Position numbers and translations under genes: made by a program. A stretch of 64,000 bases of DNA from the human T2T-CHM13v2.0 reference genome, Homo sapiens, in the NCBI RefSeq assembly GCF_009914755.1, contig NC_060942.1; one strand, given 5' to 3'. A model generated the notes under the pieces. It searched no databases, had not been told where the DNA came from, and saw nothing but the letters and a program-made list of their open reading frames with translations. Below are positions 14,395 through 29,451 of this stretch, one piece after another; the stretch's first letter is position 1, and the number at the start of each line of letters is the position of its first letter.

Positions 14395-15079
14395 TGTTTA
14401 TTTTTTTATTTTGATTTTTTTTATAACTAGATTGTTTATGGGAGGATTGGTAAAGGAGTTGACACTAGAGTTGAGCCCTGAATGACAGGATGTATGATGT
14501 GTTATAACTATTTTATATAAGCGCTATATTTGTTTATGTCCCTATTTATGCCTATGCTTAAGCTGGGAGAGCAAGAAGAGGGCTTTCTAGTTAGTTGTTA
14601 AGACTATATTTAAACTTGCATATTATTTTCTGGTTTAGAAGTTGCTTTCTTATACATAATATTTTTGTGTTTTTCACAACACCCCTGTGAAGTCACCTTC
14701 CAAATTATTTTGGACCTTATTTTCAAATTTATTCGTGATGATACATTTTTGTCTGAAAAGCAGAAAGAAAATGAACTTTGAGAATATGGAAATAAAATTG
14801 TGTTTTATAAATTAGAGTCCTTTATAGTTTTAATTCTTGTTTTTACTATAGGAATATAAACATATATTACATGTAACTGAATTTGTTTGTAAACGTGATT
14901 ACATGCAGTATTTAAAGACTTAAAAACACTGAAGATTTTGAGAGAAAATGTTTACCCTTGTCCTCTTACTCTGTGTTTCTCTCTCTTCCCTTGCTCCTTT
15001 CTTGTTTCTCTTCTTTATTTTGCCCCATTTCTCTTCTGTTTTTCTCAGACCTTCAAGTCTATGTTTTCTGTGATCTGAA

Positions 15080-15460
15080 AAAAAATTGCATATCATCTAA
15101 AGGCTCAACTAGGCTGAACATCCAAGATGGATCACTCACATTATTGGCAGATTATACTGTCTTAGCTAGGCTTATTGTGAATCACCTACACATGACCTGT
15201 CCCTGGCTTGGGCCTCTTAGAGCTGGGTTCCAAGAGCAAATATTCAGACAGACAGGAAATGGAAAATACTAGTTTCTGAAGGCCAGGGCTGGGAAGCTGG
15301 TACTATATCAGCTTATAGTATAACTATATTTTGTTATATTCTGTTGTTCAGAGCAGTCCTAGAGCCTTCCTGGATTTGAGGGGACGGAATATATATAGAT
15401 CCAAGCTCTGGATGAAAAGGGTGTCACAGAATTTGTGGCCATTTCCATTAGTACGTTATT
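15080..15460 (-). mobile_element. MaLR LTR fragment (MLT1-like)
   Basis: aggctcaact.ggctgaacatccaagatgg.tcactcaca motif. Confidence 0.55.
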
Positions 15461-17192
15461 ACATGAGGTGTTTTATATACCCCCAAATAATTATCTTTTA
15501 CCTTTTTACTATAGCATAGTTATTGTAAACCTTTTAAAGTCATAAATCTGTTTAATAAAGAAATACTTTTTCCACACAAAATACATACACACACGCTTGC
15601 CCTGTCAGTATTGACTACAATTTGAAAATTCTGCTCATTAGTAAAATTATCAGAATGGTATGTTACAGGTACATGCTTAATGTCGTACCATTGTGTCTTT
15701 TGTATAGTGGTCCATTTTCCCCCCAAGAGCTACTGAAAATATGACTGGCTTTTTCATGGGGAAAGAATAGCAATTTAAATTATCTTACCTATTGGACAGT
15801 TAAATTCACATTATATCTTATCTCTCCCCTTTTTTCCAACATTTCACATGTATTCATTCCTCTGTAAGTGATTTAATGGTAGGCCTTCTCTTCATCTAGA
15901 AGAGCCTTCTGTTTTCTGTATGGCTTCCTGTATGACAAAATAATCTGTTTTTGTGTAACTTTCATTTTAGAAAATAATGTTTTAATGTTTTTGCAGGGTG
16001 TAAGAAAAAAAATGATAATAGTTTTGGTGACATCTTTTCCAGATTATCTAAAGTCTCAAGTGTATATCATGCAGCTAAATGTGGGAATACTGTTTATTCT
16101 CACATACACACATATCTTTACTAAGTAAAGGGAAATAGGATCAGTGGTCTATTTGTCTTTATATTTTTCTTTAAGTCAAAGTTTTTTTATAAAAACAATT
16201 TCAAGATGTTTTGTATCTCACATGGAATAAAAAAACTAACAACATTGTTTTGACAAGATTTTCTTGGACAGAAATAGTGTTTCCATTGTTGTATAGTTAA
16301 AGAATAACATCAATTTCCCTAAAAATTTTCTAGCAAATTTATTTCAGGTCATCTTAAATCATTCTGAGTATTAGTTATCTCCTCAACGTTTCTGAGGATC
16401 ATCCCATTCTTACCTCAAATGTTTTGTTGTTATTTTTCAGGATGTAGCCTTGTTTAAAGTGCCCTACTGAGTATTGACACTTTAAACTATTGAAGCACTC
16501 TAAATTTTCATCTTTACTATTAAATATGGCCATATGTTGATACATATATTTCACTTGACTAAACATGTTTATCAGAATGACCATCCAACGTATTTATGAC
16601 CATAATCCACTGAGCCAGGGCAAAAGACCCTTACTTATTTTTGCATTTCCATATAACAATGAAATGCACTCTCAAATTTGATGATGAGTAGTTTATAGAA
16701 ATATTTTGCTTTATCGTTAGGATTAAGCATAATTCATGTATATCCAGTTACATGAAAATTTTAGGTCAGAATTAACTGTTGCAACACAGGTGAATCAGTA
16801 TTCTATAGAGATAGCTAAACTTGAAACAAAGTAAATAGTGACAAAAACTAACTGTAATTTATAATTTAAAAATGGGAATAGTAAGTAGGTCTGGATTGAA
16901 CAACTCAGCTGCACTGATGTACAGTGATGTTATTTTTCAAAATTGTAGGAATTTTGCTTGTCTTCATATGCACATTATCGGTAGTTTAGTACCCTTGAGT
17001 GGCAGGTAGATTTCTACGAATCACATGTTAGAGAACCTAAGTGTACTAAGTTCTCATATGTTCTCAGGGTATTGTACTTAGTTTCTCTTTAGGAATATCA
17101 AATTTAATATCCCTCAGTAAGTCACTTAGTTATTTTTCAATGGGGAGTCTGTAGTCATTTTTGAAATTGCATGTATTGTGGCAGTTTTAGAG

Positions 17193-17762
17193 CAGTGCTA
17201 CTTAAAGTGTGATCTGTGGACCCACAGTATTGACTTTACCTGGGAGCTTGTTTGTATTACAGAATCTTGGGCCTTACCCGACTTCTGTGATCAGAATCTT
17301 CATTCTAACAGGATTTTCAGGTGATTCTTATGTTCATCAATACACTAGAGTTTAGAGAAGGCTTCTCAACCTTTGGTGTGCATAGTAATTTTTGAAAGCT
17401 TGTTAAAATGGAATTGTGGCTGCTGCCCCTAAAAATTCTGATTCAGTAGGACTGAAGTAAGGCTGAAGAGTTTACATATTTAATAAGCTTTCAAGTGATA
17501 GTGATACTGCCAGTCTGTGGGATCACATTTTGTGTAGCAATGCTCTAGATCAAGGGTGAGTAAGACTTTTCTCTAAAGCTTTGCAGATAGTAAATATTTT
17601 AGGCTTTTCAAGTCAGATGATCTGTGTAACCATTCAACCCTACCATTGTAATGCTTAAACCAGTGTGTAAATGAATGAGTATGACTGTGTTCAAATAAAC
17701 TTTACAAAAACTGAGGGGAACCAGATTTGACCATCAGGCTGTAGTTTATTCTCCCTTCATCT
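17193..17762. mobile_element. Cluster of hAT MITEs: two MER5-like elements and one MER58-like element
   Basis: cagtgctacttaaagtgtg...cagaatct; ttctcaacctttgg...attctgattcagtagg; ggg...cagatagtaaatattttaggctt; ctag-type flanks. Confidence 0.7.
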
Positions 17763-19084
17763 AGATACCCTTTAAGTCCTCCTCAGTGGACCACTAAATG
17801 TTATCATTGCATTTAGCTGCAGTTAACATAATGTACCTATAGTGATTTAATCATAAGAGTTTATTTTCTCTTTTGTGACAAAACTAGTTATAAGAAATTG
17901 CTGTTGTTCTAACTATTTAAGGTGATTAGGACCAGGTGAAGGCTCTGTGTTTCTCTGTGATTCTCTTGCCCTTTTCCTTATGGTCTGCAACTACAGTCAT
18001 CATGTCGCAATCTAGACAGGAAGGAGAAAAGGCCTAAAGGGCTAACCTCCTAGCTGAGTCAGCCGCTTGCTTAAAACTGCTTTCCTTGCATCTATATTTG
18101 CTTACATTTCATTGGACACAAATCCCAGCCCAGTGACTTTGAACAATACTATTAATTCTTGGAGCCTGAAGTTTTTCATTTGAAGGATGGTTATCTACTT
18201 AACTGGCATCATTAAACAGGTTAGAAATGATGAATATGATATGCCTAGCTAAGAGCCTAGTCTTCAGTACATTGTAACTGTGATTATTATTAATTAATAC
18301 TATTTTTCCAATAATTATGCCATTGCTTAAGTTGCTTTTGGACTTCTGGAATGGCCTTCAGAACCTAAGTCAAATGAACTTTATTATTTATTGAATTTGA
18401 ACAGGGTTATAAGTTCATTAACAGGTGGTCCCATCTTGTTTTTACACATGGGCTGAAATAAACAGGTTTTTGTAAATATTGCTATAGTTTTATATGTTTA
18501 CAAGTTGTGTTTGTTGTCAGGTTATTAATGGTAGAAATAAACATAGTTAAAAAAACAAACTCCAAAAGGGTGCTATTTGCTAAATTCTGTTTAAGTAGTT
18601 TCAATAAATGCTAAATTTCCAGACTTTTTTTAGAATAAAAAGATAACAGAATACAGCTAGAGCCAATGTCTTTGCCTTTAGCCTTGATCATGTAATTTTT
18701 CTTAATGCTTTAGAAGATTATTGTGTTAACTTCATAAATGTCTTTACCACTCAAATGAATGCATTTGGTTTTCTATCTGCTTCCATTTCAAGATTATTTT
18801 TCCACAGACTTAAAAAACAATTTAACCCTGCATTTACTTATGTTATCTTATAGATAACATGGTTACGAGTTATGGGATAATTGACGGTTGACTTTTAACT
18901 GTGTCCAATTTGATATTAGAATTGCTAGGCCCATGTTATAATTTAAGGTCTCCTGAACCTAACTTAAGTTTTGATGCAAGTGACTTTTGTAATTTAACAG
19001 AATTCTACAAGATTTTCTCTTTTAAATAGTACTTTGAGTTTCAAGTGACAGACATGAAGATTGCATATTTGAGAATTCAGATGA

Positions 19085-19288
<204 letters not shown>

Positions 19289-19366
19289 TAATGACTACCA
19301 GTAGACATACATTGTATATGCCCATGGTTTTTACCCCTGAATCTATGTACTAACAAGATAAGTTGC

Positions 19367-19667
<301 letters not shown>

Positions 19668-19929
19668 GATGAGTTGCGTAATTGAAGATAAATCAGAGAG
19701 TCTTAAAAATTCCTTTAAATGTTACCTTGGAAGAACATTTAGGGAAAGTCCTTTCCCTTTTAAGAATTGCTTTAGTAGTAATCCTACAGATGGTCATTTT
19801 GCCCACACTTCTGTACTGGAAAATGCCTCTTTTTATGGAAAGCCAATAATGGATACAAGTAGCTTAGTCTCTTACTGTATAGCTCTAGTTAGATTGTTAA
19901 AATGTCCTTTCTCTTACAAAGTGTGCTTA

Positions 19930-20972
19930 ATTCACTTTAATATCTACCTTTAATTATTTGCTTTTCCCCTTGGAGTTCTATGGGATAATCATTCTCAGTC
20001 CCCTTTGTCCTGACAACTCTTTAGCCCTATGTATTTATCTTTATGCAGACAGCTTCCAGACTTACAGCTTTTTACCTCAGTCCATTTCATTAACTTCAAA
20101 TTGAAATATCGAACTGCTTACTTGAAATTGTCATTATATATGGCCAGTTGTAAAAGGTTGTCCTTTCCTCTACTACCTGCCTAAAACCTGTTTCTCACCT
20201 CATTTTTCCATTTCAATAGATAGCAACATCACCTACCCAGTTGTTCAAGCTCTAGACCTCAAAGTCATTCTTAACATGTCTCTTGGCCTCATCTCATATA
20301 CTGAACCTATTAGCAAATCTTGTCTACTCCTCAACTCCAAAATAGATCATGAAGTTACCCACTGTCTTCATTTTTACTACTTTGACCCCACTTGAAGCAA
20401 ACAATATATGTTGCCTAAACAATTTGAATGAAACCTGAACCCTTTATTGGGGCCTTGTGGCTTGTCCAGGCAGGCCATTTGTCTGAATGTCAAACCACTC
20501 CTGCCTCAGACAAGAGCCTTTGTTGTTTTCTCTTTCTGGAAAGTTATTTATTCAGATCTTTGCAGGGCTGACTTTAGTTATTAAGTTGAAGTTCTAATGG
20601 CATCTCTTTAGAGAAGCCCTTTCTAACTCCTTGATCTGTAATAACATATCTGCCCTCTTCCTCCAATGCTCTCTACTTATTACTGTATTGTTTATAGCAC
20701 TTATCACTAGCTGAAGTTACCTTTTTTGTTTAATTCAACAACTATTTATTGAACAGCTAGTAGATGCTGGGAATACCAAAGTTAACAGAAGAGACAGAAA
20801 TCCTTGCTCTCCTAGAGCTTGTTGAGTTCTTATCATCATCTTCTCCCCTTCAGGATGCAAGTTCCATGAGAGCAGGAACCTTTGTCCATTGGGGTTACCC
20901 CCATGCCTCTGGACCTTGAACACCACCTAGCTAAAGTGTTCAATAAATCAGTGTTGAATTAATGATGAATAA
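19930..20972 (+). mobile_element. L2 fragment(s), with a short opposite-strand L2 piece at ~20730-20830
   Basis: cacctacccagttgttcaagc; caagttccatgagagcagg; tail caataaatcagtgttgaat. Confidence 0.7.
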
Positions 20973-21541
20973 ATACTTCTGCTCTTCCATGAACCTGTCT
21001 GGGCTAAATAATTCAAGTTTCTTCAGCTTTCTGCAGAAAGCAGATGTTTACGTTACTCTTTAAATTGGTCTCTCAAAACATTTTCTGTTTTGTTTGTATT
21101 TCTCCAAATTGTGATAATAATAATTTAACATAATACATCAAGAATAATCTATTAATATAATGGTCCTATTAATTTATAATTTGGAATGTCATATATTCAG
21201 TTTTTAATTATTACATATGAAAAATCATCTGTTAGAACTTGCATGGGTGATGTCATGTCTGTGTCAAAGCCAGTCAATCTCCTTAATAACCAAGACCAAA
21301 AGAATATAATCAGAGTGTCATGCAGATTCTTGGCTGATTTGCTCATTTAGCAGAGGATATTTATAAAACATTATGGTGTATTTGGAGAGAATTGTAATTT
21401 GGAAGTTTTCATGTGTTATTTTCATTAGCTCTTTTTTATTGGTTGAATCTTTTAACCACAAGAATCAAGCAACCAAAATGATTCCATTTTTTTCCAGATT
21501 GTAATCATTTACAACTACAATGGAATTCTTTAATATAAAAA

Positions 21542-21686
21542 TAATGCTAAATGACGAGTTAATGGGTGCAGCACACCAACATGGCACATGTATACATATG
21601 TAACAAACCTGCACGTTGTGCACATGTACCCTAAAACTTAAAGTATAATAATAATAATAAAATAAAAAATAAAATAAATAAAAAAG
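21542..21686 (+). mobile_element. Heavily 5'-truncated L1PA 3' end (L1PA4-like)
   Basis: taatgctaaatgacgagttaatgggtgcagcacacc...aaagtataat plus patterned A tail; GAG rather than the L1HS ACA/ACG diagnostic. Confidence 0.9.
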
Positions 21687-21995
21687 AATTTGCCAGTGGA
21701 AAAAAAGGTAGTATTACATCTGTAATTTTATATTCACAAGTTCTACTTGATTCTTTTTTTGGAAATTGATAAACAATCAGACAGTGTAAAAAACCTTTTT
21801 CTGTTATACTTTGAAAAGTGCCCTTGTGTGTATTTGTGTGTGTGCGTATGTGTGTTTTGATGGGGGTATTTAAGAGTGAAACTGGAAGGAAGAATCTGCG
21901 TAATACACTTTTTTGGCCCAGGTCTCAGTTACTTGTTTAATGGAAATTGAATTAAATTTCAGAAACAGAAGCTTTAAGCTTTTGTTAACAGTTTT

Positions 21996-22010
21996 CCACT
22001 AGAGGGTGCT
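21996..22010 (+). promoter_or_regulatory. CTCF core motif
   Basis: CCACTAGAGGGTGCT versus consensus CCASYAGRKGGCRSY. Confidence 0.55.
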
Positions 22011-23044
22011 CCAGATTTGCTTTTTCAAAACCAAGATTTTACCCTAAAACGTGCATAAGTAAGATGCACATTTTTTTCCTATTAAAACAGCAGTTCATTT
22101 TTTCTTAACTGCTCTGTAATTATTTCATCCAGTTACATTATGCAGTTAGCATTTTATATCTTTCTTACTGGATACATGTTTTCAAGTTTTTAGTTTTGGT
22201 TTGGATGAAATTAGATTCTATAAGGAGAGACTGAGTATGTCAAGACAAATAGAAGTATAATGCATTCTTCAAGTTCTAACAATTTATAATAATTTTAAAA
22301 AGTTTGTGTCTCTAGTCATTTTTACTGAGAGTTTGTATTTCAAAGTGGTTTTAAGTTACATTTCATATATGTTATAAATAGACTTTGTATAGTTCAAAGT
22401 GAATTTTGAATGTGGTTCAGTGCAGGAAATATATTCCAATGTTTTTAGTTTAAAAAATGCCTCGACTGTCATGAAGACTTGTCCATTGTATATTTTGAGT
22501 TTATTATGCCTTCAAATTGAAAACTTTGGGTTCTCTTACATAACTGTCCAATCTTTCAATGGCTGATGGAGCATTTTTTAATAATCAAGTAACATTTTTC
22601 TTATTCTGCAAAATACAATACCTTTGTTTTCTGTACTCCTTTGCCAGCCCAAGCAGGTTTAGAGTCTAAGATTCTGCTTTAGATTAAAGTGGTTTTGAAT
22701 TTCAATCAGACTTCCACTGTTTCATCTGTGTCCAGTTCTTTGATATGGGGGATGGAGCAGAAGAAGGAGCCACGCAGATTTCATTTCACTGATATTTTTT
22801 GGGGACTTAAACCAGACAAACTATTCTACCCTGTAAATATAGATGAAATAGAAAATGATCCAGCTAAGAACTCTGGGCATGTGAAAGAAAATGATTCGCT
22901 GCATATAGAGAATGTCAAAATCTATACAAGAGTAATGTTCTCAAATGCAAAATATTAGTCTCAATTATGGATTTCCCAGACCTTTTTTTGGCCCATGCTT
23001 TGTTTTTGAATACTTCTAGCTTGGTTGAAGTTTACTCAGCTTGC

Positions 23045-23060
23045 ACAGCAGAGGGCGCTG
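23045..23060 (+). promoter_or_regulatory. CTCF core motif
   Basis: ACAGCAGAGGGCGCTG; CpG retained in CpG-poor DNA. Confidence 0.55.
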
Positions 23061-23764
23061 TGTATCCACCATAAATGTAAAAGTGTAGCGATTGTATTGT
23101 CAGTGTATTGTCATGTGATTAATTATAACGCTGTTTTCTTGAAACAAGTTTGGGGTGAATGATATTTTACTTATTAGTGCATTACTATTGAATTCTTTTT
23201 TCATTATTACTATAGAATTCTTTGGACAAGAAATTACAAAGCTAGGCTGTGGTGTGGAGTTGAAAAATAATAGATTTTTTCCCAAGAATCATTGTCCTTA
23301 GGAGAAGCTTTAAAAAGCTTACTTAGGGCGATCAGTTGTGACAGGATTCAAATGAAACATGGTTTGAGTTTATCCCAGCTCTTTGGAGAAAGGTTAATTT
23401 TTTTGTTTTTATTTTTGGGAGTTTGAGGAAAGAGGGGAAGGCAGTATAACTGAAAAATATGTTCACTGCTTATGGTATACTTTTTAATGCAATCAGTATT
23501 TGAAATTCATTTGTAAATAACTGAAAAATGTTCACAAAAGTAAAGAGGGAACTGGTATCTGTACTAAATGGAAAGTTCATTGTGAGTCCTAAGGATGGCC
23601 CTCCTGATCTTGAGTTGCCATTTGTGAGAGAGGTAGTAGCTTTTCTGTCTGCCTTGCCACTTTAGAGTAATACACTTTGAAACTTTTCTCAGAAAGCTCA
23701 ACATAAAGAAAAATGGTTATTCTTATTTTTATCTTAATTGGACATTTTCTTTCAATATAGCTCC

Positions 23765-23823
23765 TGTAATACAGGGTTCTCTAGAGGGACAGAACTAATG
23801 GTATATCTATATCTATATATATA

Positions 23824-23872
<49 letters not shown>

Positions 23873-24253
23873 GGGAATTTATTAAGTATTAACTCATACA
23901 TTCACAAGGTCCCATTATAGGCTGTCTGCAGGCTGAGGAGCAAGGAGAGCCAGTCTGAGTTCCAAAACTGAAGAACTTGGAGTCGGATGTTCGAGGGTAG
24001 GAAACATTCAGCACGAGAGAAAGATGTAGGCTGGGAGGCTGGGCAAGTCTCTCTTTTCACATTTTTCTGTCTGCTTTTATCCTAGCTGCCCTGGCAGCTG
24101 ATTAGTTTGTGCCCATCTAGATTAAAGGTCTGCCTTTCCCAACCCACTGACTCAAATATTAATCTCCTTTGGCAGCACCCTCACAGACACACCCAGGATC
24201 AATACTTTGTATCCTTCAATCCAGTCAAGTTGACAGTCAGTATTAACATCACA
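23765..24253 (-). mobile_element. MLT2A (HERV-L) solo LTR with internal (TA)n
   Basis: TG..CA ends; 5-bp TSD gctcc/gcttc; ggttctctagagggacagaactaat. Confidence 0.9.
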
Positions 24254-24700
24254 GCTTCTATCCTGATTTTCTGTATTATTCTTTAATTTTATGTGAAAAT
24301 GATTATTTTTTAGACCAAGAAACAGTCTTTCAGAGTGGCTAATTTGTTTGGCTCTAAAGGCAAATTTTTGCATTTATTTTGCCCCTCCCCCATTGGGTGA
24401 CTTTGGGTAAGTTACATAATATGCCAGTAACTCAGTCTCTTCTTCTGAATCTGTAAATAATAATAGAACCTCTCTCCTAGTGGTGCTGTGAGGTTTGAAT
24501 GAGATAAGTAGACTTTTGCTTGGTATTGAGCACATAATAAACATTCCTTAAGGGCTATTAGGTTTTCTTTGCTTGTTTGTTTTACCACCATGAGATGAAT
24601 AATGCCTTTTTTTTTTTAAACTTATGTAGTTCTTATTTGGACTCATACTATTAGAGAGAAGAAAATAGTTAATATATTTCAAAAATTTCTTTTTCCCACT

Positions 24701-24950
24701 TGCTGTAATTTGGGTATTTGACTCCTCCAAATCTCATGTTGAAACTTCATCCCCATTGATGGAGATAGGATCAAATGGGAAGTGTTTGGGTCATGGTGGT
24801 GGATTCTTCATGAATGGCCTGGTACTGTGCTGGAGGTAATGAGTGAGCTCTTCTGTTAGTTCCCTTGAAAGCTGGTTGTTAAAAAAGAGCTTCGTACCTC
24901 CCCTCTCATGCTACTATGTGATCTCAGCACATGCCAGCTCCTTTTCGCCT
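24701..24950 (+). mobile_element. MST (MaLR) LTR 5' fragment
   Basis: ctccaaatctcatgttgaaa...gtgtttgggtcatgg...tcatgaatggc. Confidence 0.75.
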
Positions 24951-27544
24951 TTATAGATTATTGATCTTTGATACTGAAAACTATTATTGAAAAATATTGC
25001 ATCATTGTGCTTTTAACTGAGTGAAAATACTGCTAACCAAGTATATTGTAAGGGTTTAAGTAATAAGTATTGGGAACAGAGAGTGGGAGTATAAATGTAG
25101 GGAGCCTTTTTAATTCTGAAAATATAGGTTTTGCTATAAGAATAAATTGCTGTTTGCTACCTTCTGTATTTCTAGGTTTAGTGATAGGGCAGTAGGAAAG
25201 ATACGACATTCAATTAAGACAAAAGGCATTTTATGGAAAAAATGGTAAATAAATGCCAGGTTATATATAAAAAATTGAAGAGTGGGAAACTCACTGGAGT
25301 AGGATGTCAGGGAAGAATTTTTGGAGTTGGGAATTATATGGAATCTTTAAATAATAGAGTTTGGATTATAAGGAACAGCAGAAGAAAGTCAAGTAGAAGG
25401 AGGAGAGTAAGAAGAGGTATGAAAAACAGAATGAATACAGTTTTGATGTTGGACACGTTTAATTATTAAACAAAATGGAAATTTAAAATAAACTTTACCA
25501 TTAAATACTGTCAAAGAGAATAGTGTATATTCTCTTTAATCCAAGAATTACAGATGCCTCAAACTACAATTTTAGAAATAAGTTCATGTTATTTATGCAA
25601 ATAACAGGAAAATGTAATTAGCACCTCTTACTCCCTATGTTTTACAAGTTGGAGACAAAAGGAGGTTAACAACCAGTTTGTTTTATGTATACTTTATTTC
25701 TTGACTGTTTAAGGTGGTAGATTCGAATAAGATCATACTCTCTGAACTTCTTAAACATTTTTTTTAAATTTCATTATGTGTATTTTTTGAACCTTTACAA
25801 ATTGCATTTTCAAATATTAACTTTAAAAAAAACATTCCCTTCAGTATTTATGAAGATGAATTTTCTTAAAACATTACATTAATAGGCTCTTTTGAAAATA
25901 CATGGCTATTTAACTTGTAAAGCATAATATAATTTCATTGTTAGATACTGAATCTTTTACACCTTTTAATTAAGTAGTAATCCTGTTGTTTGAGTTTTCT
26001 GACAAGAAGGATAGAAATATACTCTTCGTTTGTAAACAGTGATACATAGCCAATATTGGAATTCCAGTAATTCCTGTAATGAAATGAAGAAAACTGGGAT
26101 AGGTTTCGTATTAAAAGCATGGAGCTCATTAAATAAACCATGCATGATGGCAGTTTTGTGTCAGAGATTGACCGGATTGGTCATCTGTTCAAGTATATTG
26201 GTAACAAAACATTATTTAAATAATTAAATAAAACCAAGGAAAATGTATCTACACCTGTAATATTGTGAGCTTCTTATTTCTTTACCTCTTTTGGGGCAGA
26301 ATCATGTGTATCCAACAAGGTAAAAGATATATGAGAACTTCAAAATGAGAATAAAGTACCAAAAGAATTGCTTAGCTTAGTTGAACAGAGAACACATATT
26401 TAGTTGAAGGTGGTAAAATGGTTAACAGAAATTGATCATGGACTTTTCATCAGTTCATGGAAAACTGAAATCATAGCATACTCCCCTTGAACCTTAAGAG
26501 ACTATAGGGATGCTGCTTTTCCAGTGGGTACTGAAGTTGTCAAATTCACTTTTGTAAAACTGGTTCCTCATATTTGTTGAATTATGGACTTTCCTTGGGA
26601 ATCTGGTGAAGTATATTGATCTCCCCCCAAAATCAGTTTCATTGTACTTAGAGACCATTAAAGCCCATTTTGGGATTCTGAAAGAGTAGTTTTTCAGTCA
26701 TAAATCATTCAGTAGTTTCTTTTAATAGAAATGAACCCCCCCCCCCGTGTTGACATTTTATGATCTTAAATATGTACAACATGAAACCTCATAATTGTGC
26801 CTACTCTTACATACTATACAATGAAAACAGATTTATAAATCAATGTGTTACAGATTAGTAAAATTTAACAACATTAAAATGATAGGTGGTATATTATTAC
26901 AACTAAATTGCTATTTACATACTATACAATGAAAACAGATTTATACTATACATTACTCTTACATACTATACAATGAAAACAGATTTATAAGTCAGTCTTT
27001 CTTACATATTAGTAAAATTTAACAGGATTAAAGTGATAGGTGATATATTATTGTAACTAAATTGCTATTTATGCTAAGAATATGGTTTTTAAAATTTTTC
27101 CTTTCTAAAATTTTTTTTGAGTAATAATAAGTTAGCAGAAGGATTCATCTCAGGAATATTTAAAGAAATAATTTTCTACTATATGAAGGGCACTGTGCTT
27201 AAACTTTAGCACAAAAAATTTTCTACAAGATTCCACTTTCTGCTGATACCTTAAAAAGTTATCCAGGCTCTGACCGTCTTTGATTCTGAAGACTTATAAA
27301 TAGGATTTAACATTTTTAGATTACCATTACTGTGACATGATTTTAGGCATAGTTTCGTGTGAACGAATGAGTTAAAATGAGTTAATTATGTTCTGAAGGC
27401 CACTCTCAAACCTGCAGTTAGAAATATCGAAGAATTTAATAGGCTTCATCGTGAACTAATATTCTTTATGAAGAGACACTGTTTATATCAATTGTGTGAC
27501 ATATCACCTACCCAGTTCTTTAAGATAATTCTGGAAACAAATGA

Positions 27545-27733
<189 letters not shown>

Positions 27734-29451
27734 TAAGTTGATTTGCTTGGCACAGAGAATTTGGGTAAATTTATTTTATTTTATAGAACAAGAGAATTTG
27801 TTTAAATGTATGCATTCTTTAGCATTGATCACTTTTTCAAAATGACAAAGGCAACAATATTTCCTATCTTACATTTAATACCAATTTTGACAAACTGTCA
27901 AATATCAAAGGAAAAAGACATAAACTTTCTTGCTTTCCCACTATCTTATTACTATATCCCACCAGCTAGGAAGCTGGCATCACATAAGATGAAGCAAACA
28001 TGGAGGCTTCCAACTCAATGGTGTTGATGTCACTTTAATAAAGTATACTTTGACAGTACTGAGATAGAGAAAAGGTTAAGAAACTTCATACCATTCAGAT
28101 CTGCCTGAAGACAGTCCTGGAGACTTCCTTCTCCCTAGCTGACTTCCTATTTCTTTATCAAAGAATATAGGATATTTTAGAGTGATATTAGTTCAATCAT
28201 TTTTATTCTTTAGCAGCCTTAGTTTTGGGTACTCTTCAGGAATATTCAGAAGTTTGCTCAATGATTGTGGTAAATGTTAAATATGATTTTTATCTCTTTT
28301 TAACACCTCATCAGTCATTCTGCTACAAAAAAATGTTTTTTCTCCGTCCTTTTTTCTTCAACACCACTAAATCTGTGCTTCCTTCTTGCTAATTTACTTA
28401 GGACTGACTATCATATGTCATCAGGAAGAAAAATAAAAGTCATGTTTGGTAAATTTAGGACATGGCTCTGATGATTATTAGTCAAAAATGACAGGATCAT
28501 TTGACTCATGCTATTTTCAGCCCAACTATGCAAAATGAACTTTTCTTAGTCCAGCAGAAAATCCCAGTCCAGGAAACATACATACATGCTCTTCCAGGTG
28601 AAAATATAACCAATAGATAGCCAGTTGCCTGTGCACATGGGTTCTGTTTCCTTTGACTTCATAACCTTTGTGACATCAATTACTCATACAGTGTTTAGTA
28701 CATAGGCACTCATTGTGTGTTTATTCATTGAGAACTCTTCGTATTTGTATGAGAACCCTCCGAATTCCTGCTTTGAGTCTAGTGTGAGGCCATGTTCCCA
28801 GTTAATGTTGATGTGTTGGTCCTAGGAGACTGGTTTTCTTACAGTAATGGGGTTTCATTTATGCACTGACTAGGTCTTCATTGTAAACTCAGTCTTTTCC
28901 ATGTATCACAAACCTGTAACAGGCATTTTACAAATGGCCATGATATTTATCCTTTGGGTGGCAGAATGGCTCAGTTTTACCTTCCAGAAATGCCAAAAGA
29001 ATAATGAGAAAATCAGTGCTCTTTAGATTTGTTTGGTGATGCAGAAGCACTTTCAGAGAGATGAGAGTGCCATTTAATATCTGCGATTTTTAATTTAAAA
29101 TAGTCAAAGCCCATAGAAAACTAGGTCGAACCATGGATATCTCAGGGAGGTGGCGGACAAGATGGTAAGGAATGATAACTAGAGAAATGTCAAAGGTGCT
29201 CTATCTTATTGAAAGCAGAAGGAAAACAATGTGGTTTATAAACTGTCATTGGTAGTGGATTAGTAGCAATTCAATAGAATAAGAAAACAGGCAGGTTATT
29301 AATGGAGAGCCAAGGTTGACTTCCTTGCTACAAAGAAAAGCCACAGAGAGATTAATCTAAATAATTTTATGCAGAGTTTTAATGAAAACTGTTTAACTTT
29401 TAAAAATTTCCCTGTACTTAATATTATCTGGACCTAAATTATTTGATCAAC

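Noticed and set aside
21520-21700. L1 fragment as a human-specific L1HS insertion
   Set aside because: It has the older GAG diagnostic and no clean TSD.
23446-23536. Short direct repeats (ataactgaaaaat..gttcac; also near 12417 and 43806)
   Set aside because: Two-copy microduplications typical of AT-rich introns; no array structure.
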